A stretch of DNA of 64,000 bases from an uncultured Prevotella sp. (GCA_947177775.1 CAMWVS010000007.1:4558-68557), one strand, 5' to 3'; shown: positions 42,301 to 52,528, numbered from the stretch's first letter. Numbers and translations are program-made. Notes: generated from the sequence alone by a model not told the origin.

Positions 42301-43640
42301 CGGGAGGAGCTACGATAGCACAGGTGCTCTACATGCTCGGCGTGGAGCCTGTGCGCGACCGCTTCGGCCGCGTGAACGATCTGCGCCTCATACCAGCCGA
42401 ACAGCTCGGACGGCCCAGAATCGACGTTGTGGTCCAGACTTCAGGCCAGCTCCGCGACCTCGCGGCATCACGCCTGTTCCTCATCCACCGTGCCGTGGCA
42501 ATGGCGGCGACAGCCGACGACGGCGACACGGAAAACATGGTACGCAAGGGTGTGGAGGAAAGCGAACGCTATCTGATAGACAAAGGCGTGTCTCCCAAAG
42601 AGGCGCGCGAGCTCTCTGCCTACCGCGTGTTCGGCGGACTGAACGGCGGCTACGGCTCCGGCATTCAGGGAATGGTGGAACAGGGCAACGCCTGGAACGA
42701 CGAAAGCGAAGTTGCCCGTCAGTATGTCAGCAACATGGGCGCCTTCTACGGTGACGAAACAAAATGGTCGGCATACGCCGAAGAGGCTTTCGCCGCAGCC
42801 CTGACACGCACCGATGTTGTAGTACAGCCCAGGCAGAACAACTCGTGGGGTGCTCTAAGTCTCGACCATGTCTACGAGTTCATGGGCGGAATGAACCTCG
42901 CCATACGAAACATTACCGGCAAGGATCCGGACGCCTACTTCAGCGACTACCGCAACCGCAACGGCTACCGGATGCAGGATTCAAAGGACGCCATTGCCGT
43001 GGAAGCACGCACAAAACTCTTCAATCCTTCATACATCAAGGAGGCCATGAATGGCGGAGCCACATCGACAGACGCCCTGGCCGAGATGGTGCGCAACACA
43101 TACGGATGGAATGTCATGAAACCGAAGGCCGTTACGAAACAGATGTGGGACGAGATATATGACGTCTACGTGAAGGACAGCCACAACCTGGGAATACATG
43201 AAGCCATGGGTGAAACCAATCCGGCGGCAATGATGGAAATTACAGCCACCATGATGGAGACCGCACGCAAGGGATATTGGAAGGCGACAAAGGAACAGCT
43301 GGCTGACATTGCGCGCCTCCACACGTCGTTCGTCAGCAAATACGGTCCGTCAGGTTCTGCCTTTGAGGGTGGCAATCCGCTACTCCGCAAGTTCATCTCC
43401 GCAAATGCCGGGAAACAGGCAGCCAATGCATACGAACAAGATATGCGCCGTATGGCCGAAACGAAGCCGTCGTCCGGTGACAAGAAGGCAATGGTGATGG
43501 AGCGCGAGACAACCACGGCAGCACCGGAGGCGGAGAGCCGTAGCGCCGCGGGCGGCATCGCCGTAGTAGTCATTGTCGTAGTGGCTTTCGTCGGAGCAGT
43601 GATAATGATGCGCCGCAAGCGCGATAGCGACAACAAATAA
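39318..43640 (+). CDS. hmuS: CobN-like chelatase-family protein HmuS
   Basis: HFGTHGSLEF, AKRRS, PGGDP...LPTGRN, RPRIDVVV, LDHVYEFMGG; N- and C-terminal TM. Confidence 0.9.
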   Translation: MINIRLSRRRLAVILASVAVIACAISVWNVWFSRTYIAFVNFQPIALQSFSQANDNSFVRLFDVATDDIGDLDSYDIVFVNGMGLNITAEQRAHLQQLAEGGTPVYTTMATNPDNNITNLTVDETVTVQQYMMHGGRANYRNLLRFLRRNIDGKAAFCDTPEAPEEKPTDFLYFPEADEERCFTSVADYERYMKSAGIYVEGGRRIIVTGQIADPSDLIKALVATKRYNVYPVTSLARLTDYVAEIRPEAVVNLAHGRLGDDMVELLKANNTLLFDPLTINGEAAEWEDDAMGMMGGFLSQSVVTPEIDGAIRTQVLFAQKRDDNGLLKSYAIPERLESFIATVDRYMALRTKQNADKRVAIAYFKGPGQAKLVASGLDVVPSLYGFLCNMKAQGYRLDGLPTNLSEFEKQIDERGSIFNSFAAGSAANFLRNGNPQLVDRDEYDGWCRTSLRADRIDAVNKTFGEFPGDHNILRTDNGQLAFPRLQYGNVVILPQPMAGEGKDEFRIVHGTDEVPPHSYIAPYLWIQHGFRADALIHFGTHGSLEFTPKKQVALSSADWPDRLVGELPHFYLYTIDNVGEAMTAKRRSYAQMVSHLTPPYHESNLRDTYKQLEKLLREYSAKTENKTATAEKIKQAVATLGIDKDLRLSTDAQTTYNDDDINRIETYAEELMNEKMCGTPYRLGTPYAAGDIRTSVFAMTTDPIAYCKYNIDRQTGRVRKGVEPGNMLFNDTYMAPAKRLVEQLYDGNGNVTDELICRVAGIDKEQLSRCREIIARRNAPKGMLAMMKAAGKKDAKSTGPASMKPKTTGPIAEPKNGIVAKFMRHQMRKMLAKKDPEMMIKVAQKMGASPKAIKKMREAMGKTKPAVEKQEAAENENTDLALAVDDIERALLNVTAYRRMLQESPQTEIDALMNALNGGFTAPSPGGDPIANPNTLPTGRNLFAINAEETPSEDAWEKGITLAKNTIDDYAKAHNGEFPRKVSYTLWSGEFIQTGGATIAQVLYMLGVEPVRDRFGRVNDLRLIPAEQLGRPRIDVVVQTSGQLRDLAASRLFLIHRAVAMAATADDGDTENMVRKGVEESERYLIDKGVSPKEARELSAYRVFGGLNGGYGSGIQGMVEQGNAWNDESEVARQYVSNMGAFYGDETKWSAYAEEAFAAALTRTDVVVQPRQNNSWGALSLDHVYEFMGGMNLAIRNITGKDPDAYFSDYRNRNGYRMQDSKDAIAVEARTKLFNPSYIKEAMNGGATSTDALAEMVRNTYGWNVMKPKAVTKQMWDEIYDVYVKDSHNLGIHEAMGETNPAAMMEITATMMETARKGYWKATKEQLADIARLHTSFVSKYGPSGSAFEGGNPLLRKFISANAGKQAANAYEQDMRRMAETKPSSGDKKAMVMERETTTAAPEAESRSAAGGIAVVVIVVVAFVGAVIMMRRKRDSDNK

Positions 43641-43653
43641 CGGAGCAAGACAG

Positions 43654-44367
43654 ATGGATCTGATAATATATGCACTGATAATATTCATCATTCTGGGCTG
43701 TTCCCTGAAACTGAGCCTGTGGCCGTGGCGCGGCCGCATGGCTTTCGGGGCCGTAGTGGCGGCGTTCGTAGAATACGCCGGTGAAGCAGCCATGTCACAG
43801 TCGAAAACACAGATTGCCGACTATCTTCAGAATACGGCAGCTCTACAGGACATGGCCGTCATCGTCACCATAGAGTCGGCTGTATGTTTTGCCTTCGTTA
43901 TATGCTGGCTGCAAGGCGTCTATGAGACTCCGCCGAAACGCCCGTCGGGCGTCGTGCGCCGCATATCGGTGGCCCTGCTGCGCTTCTACCCCAGCCTGCT
44001 GATATTTCCCGTGGCCTTCTATCTGCTCACACAGGCCATGTTCACGGCCGTCGGCACGGACTTCGCCGTCACCATCCACGCCATGGCAGCAGCGATGTTC
44101 ATCGGACTGCCGCTCGTGGCACGGACGATGAGCGTTCTGCTTCCGCCGGACGAGAGCCGCGTGGAGATGCTTCTCGTCGTTGCCTGTTTCGTATGTGTGC
44201 TCGGTCTGGCGTCTACGGAAAGCAGCAGTATCGTATATAAGGTAAAGGAAACTCCACTTGACGTCAAGGCGCTCGCCGCCGCATTGGCTCTCTTCGCCGT
44301 GCTCTTTGTGGCCGGGGCGACAGGAGAAAGGATTATCGGAAGGTTGAGGTTCAAGGGAATGAAGTAG
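43654..44367 (+). CDS. hmuT: HmuT-like membrane protein
   Basis: Polytopic, QSKTQIADYL...LQDMAV; synteny. Confidence 0.75.
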   Translation: MDLIIYALIIFIILGCSLKLSLWPWRGRMAFGAVVAAFVEYAGEAAMSQSKTQIADYLQNTAALQDMAVIVTIESAVCFAFVICWLQGVYETPPKRPSGVVRRISVALLRFYPSLLIFPVAFYLLTQAMFTAVGTDFAVTIHAMAAAMFIGLPLVARTMSVLLPPDESRVEMLLVVACFVCVLGLASTESSSIVYKVKETPLDVKALAAALALFAVLFVAGATGERIIGRLRFKGMK

Positions 44368-44473
44368 GCTTCACTCAAACAAGAAACAATACGACAACCG
44401 GATTAATAACATATTAATACAACTACCACATTTAAACAAATCCCAAACGGAATAAAAACAAAACAACTGCATT

Positions 44474-45085
44474 ATGGAAATAATATCAAAAGCTCTTTTC
44501 GGGATAGCCAACAGCCTGCTGATCCCTGACGTGATTCTTCTCATCGTATTCTTTTTCCGCGCGCTCCTCATGGCGGGCGGAACATACAGCGCGTATATGA
44601 CACGGCGCAAAAACAGCAGGCGGTTTGACAACGTTATCAAGGGACTGACACCAGACAATGTTGACGGACTTCGCAAACTCCTGCCGTCAAATCCCGACTC
44701 ACTCTTCACACTCTACCTCTCCGACCTGCTGGCAGCACCACGCACTGACGACTATGCCGACTACATGATAGCAAAGTTTGAGGCCGAGGCCGCCAAGGAC
44801 ATCAACATGGCGCATATCCTGACAAAAATAGGCCCGATTCTCGGTCTCATCGGTACGCTCATATCCATGAGTCCGGCACTCGTCGGACTATCCTCCGGCG
44901 ACATTTCCGGCATGGCCTACAACATGCAGGTGGTGTTCGCATCAACAGTCGTCGGTCTCGTGATCAGTGCCGTGGGACTGACAACGGCACAGACCAAACA
45001 GCGCTGGTATGCCAAGGACATCAACAATCTGGACTATGTGGCACGCACCGTCTGCTCCACAAAGGAAGAAAGGAGGGACGCATGA
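44474..45085 (+). CDS. hmuU: MotA/TolQ/ExbB family protein
   Basis: GPILGLIGTLI, MQVVFASTVVGL. Confidence 0.82.
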   Translation: MEIISKALFGIANSLLIPDVILLIVFFFRALLMAGGTYSAYMTRRKNSRRFDNVIKGLTPDNVDGLRKLLPSNPDSLFTLYLSDLLAAPRTDDYADYMIAKFEAEAAKDINMAHILTKIGPILGLIGTLISMSPALVGLSSGDISGMAYNMQVVFASTVVGLVISAVGLTTAQTKQRWYAKDINNLDYVARTVCSTKEERRDA

Positions 45086-45420
45086 GACAGCGGCGCCGCA
45101 GGATGGGCCTGCTCAAGCACGACGACAGCGATCCGCTGAGTGTTGTTGTCAATCTGTTCGACGTAGCAATGGTCTTTGCCGTTTCGCTCATGGTGGCCAT
45201 GGTCATGCACATGAACATGACCGAGGTTTTCGGACAGGAAGACTTCACCATCGTGAAAAATCCGGGAAAAGACGACATGGAAATAATAACCAAAGAGGGA
45301 AAGGAAATCAACACCTACAAGGCGTCAGGCCAAAAAGCCGATGGCGACGGAACGCAGGGCAAGCGTCTCGGCACGGCCTACCAGCTGGACAACGGTCAGA
45401 TTATCTACGTGCCGGAATAA
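45082..45420 (+). CDS. hmuV: DUF2149 protein
   Basis: DPLSVVVNLFDVAMVFAV, G.RLGTAYQL..G.IIYVPE. Confidence 0.85.
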   Translation: MRQRRRRMGLLKHDDSDPLSVVVNLFDVAMVFAVSLMVAMVMHMNMTEVFGQEDFTIVKNPGKDDMEIITKEGKEINTYKASGQKADGDGTQGKRLGTAYQLDNGQIIYVPE

Positions 45421-45438
45421 AACTGTCCGGCACGGCCC

Positions 45439-48400
45439 CTAACCTTTATATCTGCTGGGCACAACTCCATATCTCGCCTTAAAACACTTGTTGAAATACG
45501 ACGCGTCCCTTATGCCCACACGGTAGCTCACCTCAGCCACCGTCAGCCGGCCTTCGGACAGCAATCCGGCGGCAACGGACATACGCTCATTTTGCAGATA
45601 CTTGTTTGGAGACATTCCTGTCAGCTCCTTTGTCTTGGCAAAGAGCTTCGTCCGGCCCATGCCAAGCATTTCGGCAAGACGGTCCACGGTGAAGTCGGGG
45701 TCGGAAATATGTTTGGCCGTTATGGCCGCTATACGGTCGAGAAAAACTTTGTCCGCCTGCGACGTTATCAACTGAGGTTGCGACGGAACGACTACCGGTC
45801 CGGAAGAAGGAGACTGCTGCGACGGCACCGTTTCCTGCTTCCGGACATTCTTTATCAGCTGGATGGCCCGCGCAATGAGCAGACGGAAGTTGCATGGCTT
45901 GATCATATAGTCGTCAGCCCCGGCATTGTAACTTTTCAGCCGGTGACTGTCGTCATCCAAAGCAGTCAGCATGATTACGGGCAACGATGCCATGGATTCT
46001 TTGCCTTTCAGTTGTCTGACAATATCATAGCCGCTCATGTCGGGCAACATCACGTCACATATAACCAACGAGGGGCGACGGGCTGCAATACCGTCGAGAG
46101 CCGCTTGTCCCGTGGCATAGCAGTCCGTATGGAAATAGCGGCCGGCCTCACTGCTGATCTGCTCCATCATATCGGGGTCGTCCTCGATTATAGCCACGGT
46201 CATGTCGTTGAGAGCTTTCGGGCCCAATTCCCTTATTGTCTCCTCATAGGCGGCGGAATCTCTTTCGGACCGCGACGTGTCAACGGCCATCGTTTTTTTG
46301 AAGTCATCGGCCTGATATGCGGAAGCATCGGCAGGAAGTACGACCGTAAAGACGGAACCGCCGTCCGGCCCTACCCTACGATAGCTGAGGGAACCATGAT
46401 GGAGAACGGCCATTCTATGGGCCATATACAGCCCTATGCCCATTCCGCCCTGCGATACAAGTCCGTGCATGAACGGCTGGAAGAGACACTTCTGCTGTTC
46501 TTCCCCTATACCGGGGCCGTTGTCCTCAACCGTGACTACAAGGCCGGTGCTCTCCAGACGCACGACCAGTGAGACATGGCCGTGTTCGGGAGCATATTTG
46601 ACGGCATTGCTCATCAGATTGTACACAATCATTTCCACCATCCTCTTGTCGAACACCATCGTGTGGTTCTTTGCAAATGGCGTGAACGTTGTCTGCAGTT
46701 CCTTGTGACGGGCTATGCTCCAGAAATCCTGATATATAGAACGTATGAACCCTACGATATCGTCCTCCTCTATCTGCAGACGCATGTTGCCGGTGCTGAT
46801 TTTTCGGAATTCCATCAGCATGTCTACCAGACGGAGCAGGCGCCGCGTTCCGCGACGGGCGGTCTGCAAAGCGGCACGCGACGGGCGTACTTCGCCGTCG
46901 CCGAGTTTTTCCACAGCCGACTGGATTATGGCAAGCGGCGTACGGAACTCGTGGGTGATACTCGTAAAGAAGCTCAGACGAAACTCCGTGAGCTGTTTTT
47001 CAAGACGCATCTGCTGGTGGAGCCGCAGTCGCTCGCGTGCATTATTATATATGTATATGCCAAGCGCAGCTGATACGCCGATGTAAATCAGCCATGCCCA
47101 CCATGTGTTGTACCACGGCTGGGCAATGATGATGGTCAACCGGCGTTCCGGCCCCCAACGGCCGTCAACAAGAGAGCGTATATGGAAGACGTATGTGCCC
47201 GGACTGAGATTGCCATAGTCGGCACGGCTGACACTGGTCATAGGATGCCACTTTTCGTCCACACCCTCAAGAAAATACTGATAGAGGGCTGACTCTATGC
47301 CGGCATATTCGAAATTGGAAAACGAGAGAGAGAGGGTGTTTTCGTTATGACGCAGACGTATTACGTCCGAATAGCAGACGGCACGCTTCAGCAACACGCC
47401 GTCGGCAGCAGACACACCGTTTATGCTGATGTCGGTGATGCAGACCCGTGGGGGCATCGCGGCATCACCGCCATCATCCTCCGGCGGTGTGATTACGGTC
47501 AGTCCGCTGCGCGTTCCGAAGAGCAGACGGCCGTCTGAAAGCTGCATGCCACAGTTTTCAGAATAGATGTTACGTTCGAAAGACTTGCCGAAGCGATAGG
47601 TCTTCACCTTCATGTCCTTGTCGTAGATCCGCGAAAGACCGTTCTCCGTGGCAGCCCAGATGGCTCCATGACGGTCTGCCTGCAGGGCGGAGACGCTGTT
47701 GTCGGCCAGTCCCTCGGTAGTGGTGACGGCAACCGTCTCCTCAAGGCTCATGCCACGGCCGAAACGGCAACGCACAACACCACTGCCCTTGCCGCCCGTC
47801 CAAAGATAACGCCCGTCGTAGAACATACAGCGCATCTCGTCGTAAGGAAACCCTCCGGCGGTGGTGTTGAAGCAGATGAAGTCGTCGTTGGTGATTTCGC
47901 GGCGCTTGGTGTCCACGGCATAGAGGCCGTTTGACGACGCTATCCACAGCCATCCGTCAGGCCCCGGCTCGAACTGGTGAAGCCGCGCCTCGTTGATATT
48001 GCGGTTCAGGAGCGAGCGGAACCTGAGACGGCCGTCCTTCTCATAGCGCGTCATGACGAGTCCGTTCTCGTATGATGCCATCCAGACGCGCCCGTGACGG
48101 TCCTCCCAAATGTCATAAAGGTCGTTCGTAGGAATGTGGTGGCCGCTGTCATGCTTGCTGTAGCGGCGTCCGTCAACATACAGTCCGCCGCCGCGCGTGA
48201 CGAGCCACTCATGGCCGCCGCTGTCTGTCATGCGCGCCATGACGCTGCCGGCCGTCTCACCGATGGGCGTCATACGGGCGCCGTCAACATCAAACGAATA
48301 CATCATGTTGTCCTTCGTGGCCAATATGACATCACGCCCGTCGTCGCCAGCAGCCGCCGCAACCATGCAGACGTTGTTGGCCCAGGTGCTCTTCAGCCCC

Positions 48401-49710
48401 GGAACGGGCTGAACAAACTCGGCCACCGACTGCTCGGAAACAGCTATGCGCGAAACGCCGGCAGACTCCTGAGCAATCCAAAGACAGCCGTCGCGGCCGA
48501 TGGTGATGTTGGTGAGAAAGTCGTTGTCAATCACAGCCTGGGCGTCGTTTGCCGAAAAATGTCGCAACGCCCCCGTAGGGAAGTCGTAGATGAAGAGGCC
48601 GTTGCCGTGGGAGGCGATATAGAACAGGCCGTCGCGGCCTCGCCGTATGTTATATTTCCGCTGCCGCTCCACCGTAAGCCGGATGTCCTTCAGAAGCGAC
48701 AGCTTCCGGACCTCGCCCTTGGGAGGAAATATCCAGAGGTCGCCGCTCTTGTTGGACTCAAAGAAATAGCCGTCCATAGAGTCGAGCAGGAGGCCGTTGG
48801 ACACCTGAAGGTCGGCTGGTTTCGACGCCTGGAAAAGACGGAGGTCTATCGCGTAGGTCTCGCCGCTGAATATCATCCAGCGGTCCTGCCACACGAAATT
48901 GCTCCTGATGGTTTTCACGGCTCCCAGTTCCTCGGGGATAACCATGCTGCGCAGTAGGCGTCCGGCGGGCGAAAAAAGCTCAACCCTGTTGCCTGAGGAG
49001 AGGCAAAGGACGTTACCGCCGTAGACGTTGCCCATGATGTAGTGGCGGCCGGCCACCACTGTCGTCACCTTTCCGTCAGAGCCGATACGCAGCAGTCCGC
49101 CATCGGTGAGCGCCCAGATGTTGTGGCGGCCGTCTTCAACGAGACGCGTAACATGATTGCTCGGCAGACGGCCATTCTCCTTGTTATAGTCCGTGCAGAC
49201 GAACCGGCCGTCGCGGCATGCCACATGGCGGATTCCCGAACGGGTGTCATACATCCACATATCACCGCCCGAGCGCAAAAAACGGCGGAACGGCCGCGTC
49301 TCGTCGCCCCGTCCCGTATAGTCGGTAAATCGGCCCTGACGCAGGTCGTAGCAGGCAAATACGAACGTGGAGGTGTGGACCCAGAGCCGGGCGTTGGGGG
49401 CGTCGTGATAGAGATTGCCCGTAGTGGCGTCAATCCTGCGCGTCGGGTCGCTGCCGAGCGAATAGTGGTTGACGAACGAATAGCCGTCGTAACGGCACAG
49501 TCCGTATGCAGCTCCCATCCATACGAAGCCGCAGCTGTCCTGAACAATGTCATAGACGGTGTTTCCCGATAGCCCGTCGACCGACGAGATGCGCTTGGCC
49601 GAAAGCACGAGTCTGTTGATATCAACGGCCTGTGTGTCTGCCGCTGAAAACAGGATGAAGGCCGTCAGCAGCAGTATATGTTTCAGTAGTTTTTTTCCGC
49701 GTAGTCTCAT
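45439..49710 (-). CDS. Hybrid two-component system sensor/regulator
   Basis: Beta-propeller repeats, Y_Y_Y domain, TM, THEFRTPL kinase, receiver CDVMLP, AraC HTH. Confidence 0.93.
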   Translation of the reverse strand: MRLRGKKLLKHILLLTAFILFSAADTQAVDINRLVLSAKRISSVDGLSGNTVYDIVQDSCGFVWMGAAYGLCRYDGYSFVNHYSLGSDPTRRIDATTGNLYHDAPNARLWVHTSTFVFACYDLRQGRFTDYTGRGDETRPFRRFLRSGGDMWMYDTRSGIRHVACRDGRFVCTDYNKENGRLPSNHVTRLVEDGRHNIWALTDGGLLRIGSDGKVTTVVAGRHYIMGNVYGGNVLCLSSGNRVELFSPAGRLLRSMVIPEELGAVKTIRSNFVWQDRWMIFSGETYAIDLRLFQASKPADLQVSNGLLLDSMDGYFFESNKSGDLWIFPPKGEVRKLSLLKDIRLTVERQRKYNIRRGRDGLFYIASHGNGLFIYDFPTGALRHFSANDAQAVIDNDFLTNITIGRDGCLWIAQESAGVSRIAVSEQSVAEFVQPVPGLKSTWANNVCMVAAAAGDDGRDVILATKDNMMYSFDVDGARMTPIGETAGSVMARMTDSGGHEWLVTRGGGLYVDGRRYSKHDSGHHIPTNDLYDIWEDRHGRVWMASYENGLVMTRYEKDGRLRFRSLLNRNINEARLHQFEPGPDGWLWIASSNGLYAVDTKRREITNDDFICFNTTAGGFPYDEMRCMFYDGRYLWTGGKGSGVVRCRFGRGMSLEETVAVTTTEGLADNSVSALQADRHGAIWAATENGLSRIYDKDMKVKTYRFGKSFERNIYSENCGMQLSDGRLLFGTRSGLTVITPPEDDGGDAAMPPRVCITDISINGVSAADGVLLKRAVCYSDVIRLRHNENTLSLSFSNFEYAGIESALYQYFLEGVDEKWHPMTSVSRADYGNLSPGTYVFHIRSLVDGRWGPERRLTIIIAQPWYNTWWAWLIYIGVSAALGIYIYNNARERLRLHQQMRLEKQLTEFRLSFFTSITHEFRTPLAIIQSAVEKLGDGEVRPSRAALQTARRGTRRLLRLVDMLMEFRKISTGNMRLQIEEDDIVGFIRSIYQDFWSIARHKELQTTFTPFAKNHTMVFDKRMVEMIVYNLMSNAVKYAPEHGHVSLVVRLESTGLVVTVEDNGPGIGEEQQKCLFQPFMHGLVSQGGMGIGLYMAHRMAVLHHGSLSYRRVGPDGGSVFTVVLPADASAYQADDFKKTMAVDTSRSERDSAAYEETIRELGPKALNDMTVAIIEDDPDMMEQISSEAGRYFHTDCYATGQAALDGIAARRPSLVICDVMLPDMSGYDIVRQLKGKESMASLPVIMLTALDDDSHRLKSYNAGADDYMIKPCNFRLLIARAIQLIKNVRKQETVPSQQSPSSGPVVVPSQPQLITSQADKVFLDRIAAITAKHISDPDFTVDRLAEMLGMGRTKLFAKTKELTGMSPNKYLQNERMSVAAGLLSEGRLTVAEVSYRVGIRDASYFNKCFKARYGVVPSRYKG

Positions 49711-50153
49711 GATTGCAAATATAACAATTTTTCACGGCATAACCGCAATACCGGCACGTTTTTTATTCTGTATGATGTAAATGCAAAGATGCAAAAGCGC
49801 AAAGCGTTACATTAAACAGGGCTTCATGAAAACATTTTAACATGATCTTGAACACGGAGACGAAGGTGTGTCAAAGTATAACTAATTGTTGCAGACGACC
49901 TATTGCAATAAATTAAATAAGAGATTTTGCGTCATACCCTCGGCACTGTTTTATTTTTTCTGAATTTAAGACCATTTTTTAGGGGTACTTTTAAAAAAAT
50001 TTCCGGCGTGCCTCCAAATATCGCAAGCATTGACATATCAAAAATCAGGGGACATCGTGATAGAATATTTACACTTTTCGTAACCAGCTGTCCCTCAGCG
50101 CCTTCAAAACCACCGCCATCCCGCCATATTCCTACGACGGCCGGACAGTCATC

Positions 50154-50263
50154 CCGTAAGGGCCTCCCGGCTCTGCAACGGGGCCCTTACGGCAATGCAA
50201 CGGGGCCACCGTTGCAACACAAGAGCAGCCCCGTTGCAACCCAAGGAGGCCCTTACGGCAGGA
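50154..50263. repeat. Dispersed element core, copy 3 (5 x 22-bp units, divergent flanks)
   Basis: ccgtaagggcctcccgg / caacggggcccttacgg / caacggggccaccgttg / caagagcagccccgttg / caaggaggcccttacgg at 22-bp spacing; lone related unit near 50329. Confidence 0.85.
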
Positions 50264-50897
50264 AAACGATAACTTTTCATGACAAAATCACCAACCAAAA
50301 ACAGCGTATCTTTCCCACTCCGGAAAAGCCGTAAGGCTCTCCCGGCTCAGAAATGGCGGCCGGACATCACATCTGTCACACCTCACCACAGCCCCACGAG
50401 GCCATTAAGGCTTCGGGAAAGCCCCGGATTTTCGCTAAAACGGAAGTTTATTCATACAGGATTTTGTAAGGAACTATTCAATTTCGGTACATAACGCATA
50501 TAGCACGGATGCCATTCTAAACTGTTGAGGAAAGCCACGACTGTGAAATTCAACCGCCGTGAAATCCGTAGGAGCGAACGTTTTTCCACATCTTTCTTTG
50601 CAGAAGACAGGTTTCACTCTACCCGTGTTGACTATCTTGGGAATAGAACGCACCACCGGCATCCATCGGAAGAAATGCTTATCCTGTATTGTCAGCGGAC
50701 AACAAGATCACCGAAAAATACGAAATCGTACATAATTACCGATTTTGGTACGAAAATACATATTCAGAGACCTCATTTCTCCGTACTTTTGTACTGTAGC
50801 ACAGACTCGCCCGGAACTTGCGGGATTTGTTTGAGGCCATGCGGCGGACATATAATCCCCGCTTTACTAAGAACAATAACTTAAAAGCAATAACGAA

Positions 50898-52478
50898 ATG
50901 AGGAAAATCCTTTTGCTGTCAACATTTGTGGTCTGCATGGTCATGCACGCCACAGCCGACGGCTCCACGCCACTGATGGGATGGAGCTCTTGGAACACAT
51001 ATCGGGTCAACATCAGCGACTCGCTCATCATGCGTCAGGCCGACGCGCTCGTCTCCACAGGACTTTCACGTGCAGGCTACCGACAGGTAAACGTCGACGA
51101 CGGATTCTTCGGGTGGCGCGACTCAACCGGCCTGATGCACCCCCATCCGCAACGCTTTCCGCGAGGCATGCGCTGCGTCTCCGACCATATACACTCGCTC
51201 GGGCTCAAGGCCGGAATCTACTCGGACGCCGGAGCCAACACCTGTGGCTCGCGCTATGACAACGATGAGAACGGTTTCGGGGCCGGACTCTACGGTCACG
51301 AGGAGCAGGACGCACGCCTCTATTTCGGCGAATGGAACTTCGACTTCATCAAGATCGACTACTGCGGAGCCGGACATGAACTCAACCTTGACGAACAACG
51401 GCGATATACGGAAATCCGCGACGCCTTCGTGCGCGCCGGACATGGAGACGTGAGAATGAACATCTGTCGCTGGACTTTCCCCGGTACATGGGCAAAAGAA
51501 CTGGCGGGATCGTGGCGCATCAGCCAGGACATACGTCCGCGGTGGGCATCGGTGAAAGACATCATCGGCAAGAACATGTATCTGTCGGCCTATTGCAGCC
51601 CCGGACACTACAACGACATGGACATGCTTGAGATAGGTCGCGGACTGACGGACAACGAAGAGGAGGTTCACTTCGGCATGTGGTGCATCATGAGTTCGCC
51701 GCTGCTCATCGGCTGCGATCTCACCAAAATCTCTGAACCGTCGCTCCGTCTGCTCTCCAATCCGGAACTGATTGCCCTCAACCAGGATACGCTCGGACTT
51801 CAGGCCCGCGTCGTAGCGCGTTGCGGCGAGGGATATGTGCTGGCCAAAGACATTGAACGGCGCCATGGGACAGTACAGGCTGTGGCACTATACAATCCGT
51901 CGGACTCCGCGTGCCATTTCAATGTTGCGCTGTCCGAGCTTGGTCTCGGAGGCAAAGTCAGGCTACGCGACCTCGTGAACCGCAAAGACATGAAAAACGT
52001 ACGCGACAGCATTGTCTCGACATTACCAGGACGCAGTGTCCTCATCATGCGTGCCGAGACCAAACGTCGCATAGAGACATCACGATATGAGGCAGAATGG
52101 GCCTATCTTCCGTGTTTCGACGCCCTCGGAAAACGCAAATTTCAAGTTCTCTACGCCCGCAACGAAGTTGCCTCCGGCGGTATGGTGGTGTCATATCTCG
52201 GCGGCCGGCCGGAGAACACTGCCCGCTGGACCGACGTTTGGAGCGACCTCGGAGGCCGCTATCTCCTCACTGTGGGATATGTCCCTGCCGCGCGTCGTGC
52301 ACTTGAGATTTCCGTTAACGGTGGCAAACCGACACGTCTTGACCGGCTTTCCGACACGGGCAGCATGGCCGAAGTAACCGTTCCCATCACACTTCATCCG
52401 GGATATAATACCATCGAGATGGGCAATCCATACGGTTGGGCACCGGACATTGACGGCTTCAAGCTGTCCAAACTATAA
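50898..52478 (+). CDS. GH27 alpha-galactosidase-like enzyme with C-terminal CBM35-like module
   Basis: TPLMGWSSWN, VDDG, FIKIDYC, WRISQDI, NDMDML; YEAE-initiated CBM. Confidence 0.88.
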   Translation: MRKILLLSTFVVCMVMHATADGSTPLMGWSSWNTYRVNISDSLIMRQADALVSTGLSRAGYRQVNVDDGFFGWRDSTGLMHPHPQRFPRGMRCVSDHIHSLGLKAGIYSDAGANTCGSRYDNDENGFGAGLYGHEEQDARLYFGEWNFDFIKIDYCGAGHELNLDEQRRYTEIRDAFVRAGHGDVRMNICRWTFPGTWAKELAGSWRISQDIRPRWASVKDIIGKNMYLSAYCSPGHYNDMDMLEIGRGLTDNEEEVHFGMWCIMSSPLLIGCDLTKISEPSLRLLSNPELIALNQDTLGLQARVVARCGEGYVLAKDIERRHGTVQAVALYNPSDSACHFNVALSELGLGGKVRLRDLVNRKDMKNVRDSIVSTLPGRSVLIMRAETKRRIETSRYEAEWAYLPCFDALGKRKFQVLYARNEVASGGMVVSYLGGRPENTARWTDVWSDLGGRYLLTVGYVPAARRALEISVNGGKPTRLDRLSDTGSMAEVTVPITLHPGYNTIEMGNPYGWAPDIDGFKLSKL

Positions 52479-52528
52479 CCGATGATTTGTTGCCCATATA
52501 ATAAAAGAAAAGACAACTCAAACAATAT

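Noticed and set aside
39318-43640. Cobalamin biosynthesis cobN or a B12 uptake locus
   Set aside because: Context is hmuY-receptor-chelatase-T-U-V, with no cob genes and no cobalamin riboswitch seen upstream
50440-50884. Short ORFs or a pseudogene upstream of GH27
   Set aside because: No recognisable homology or motif in the frames examined
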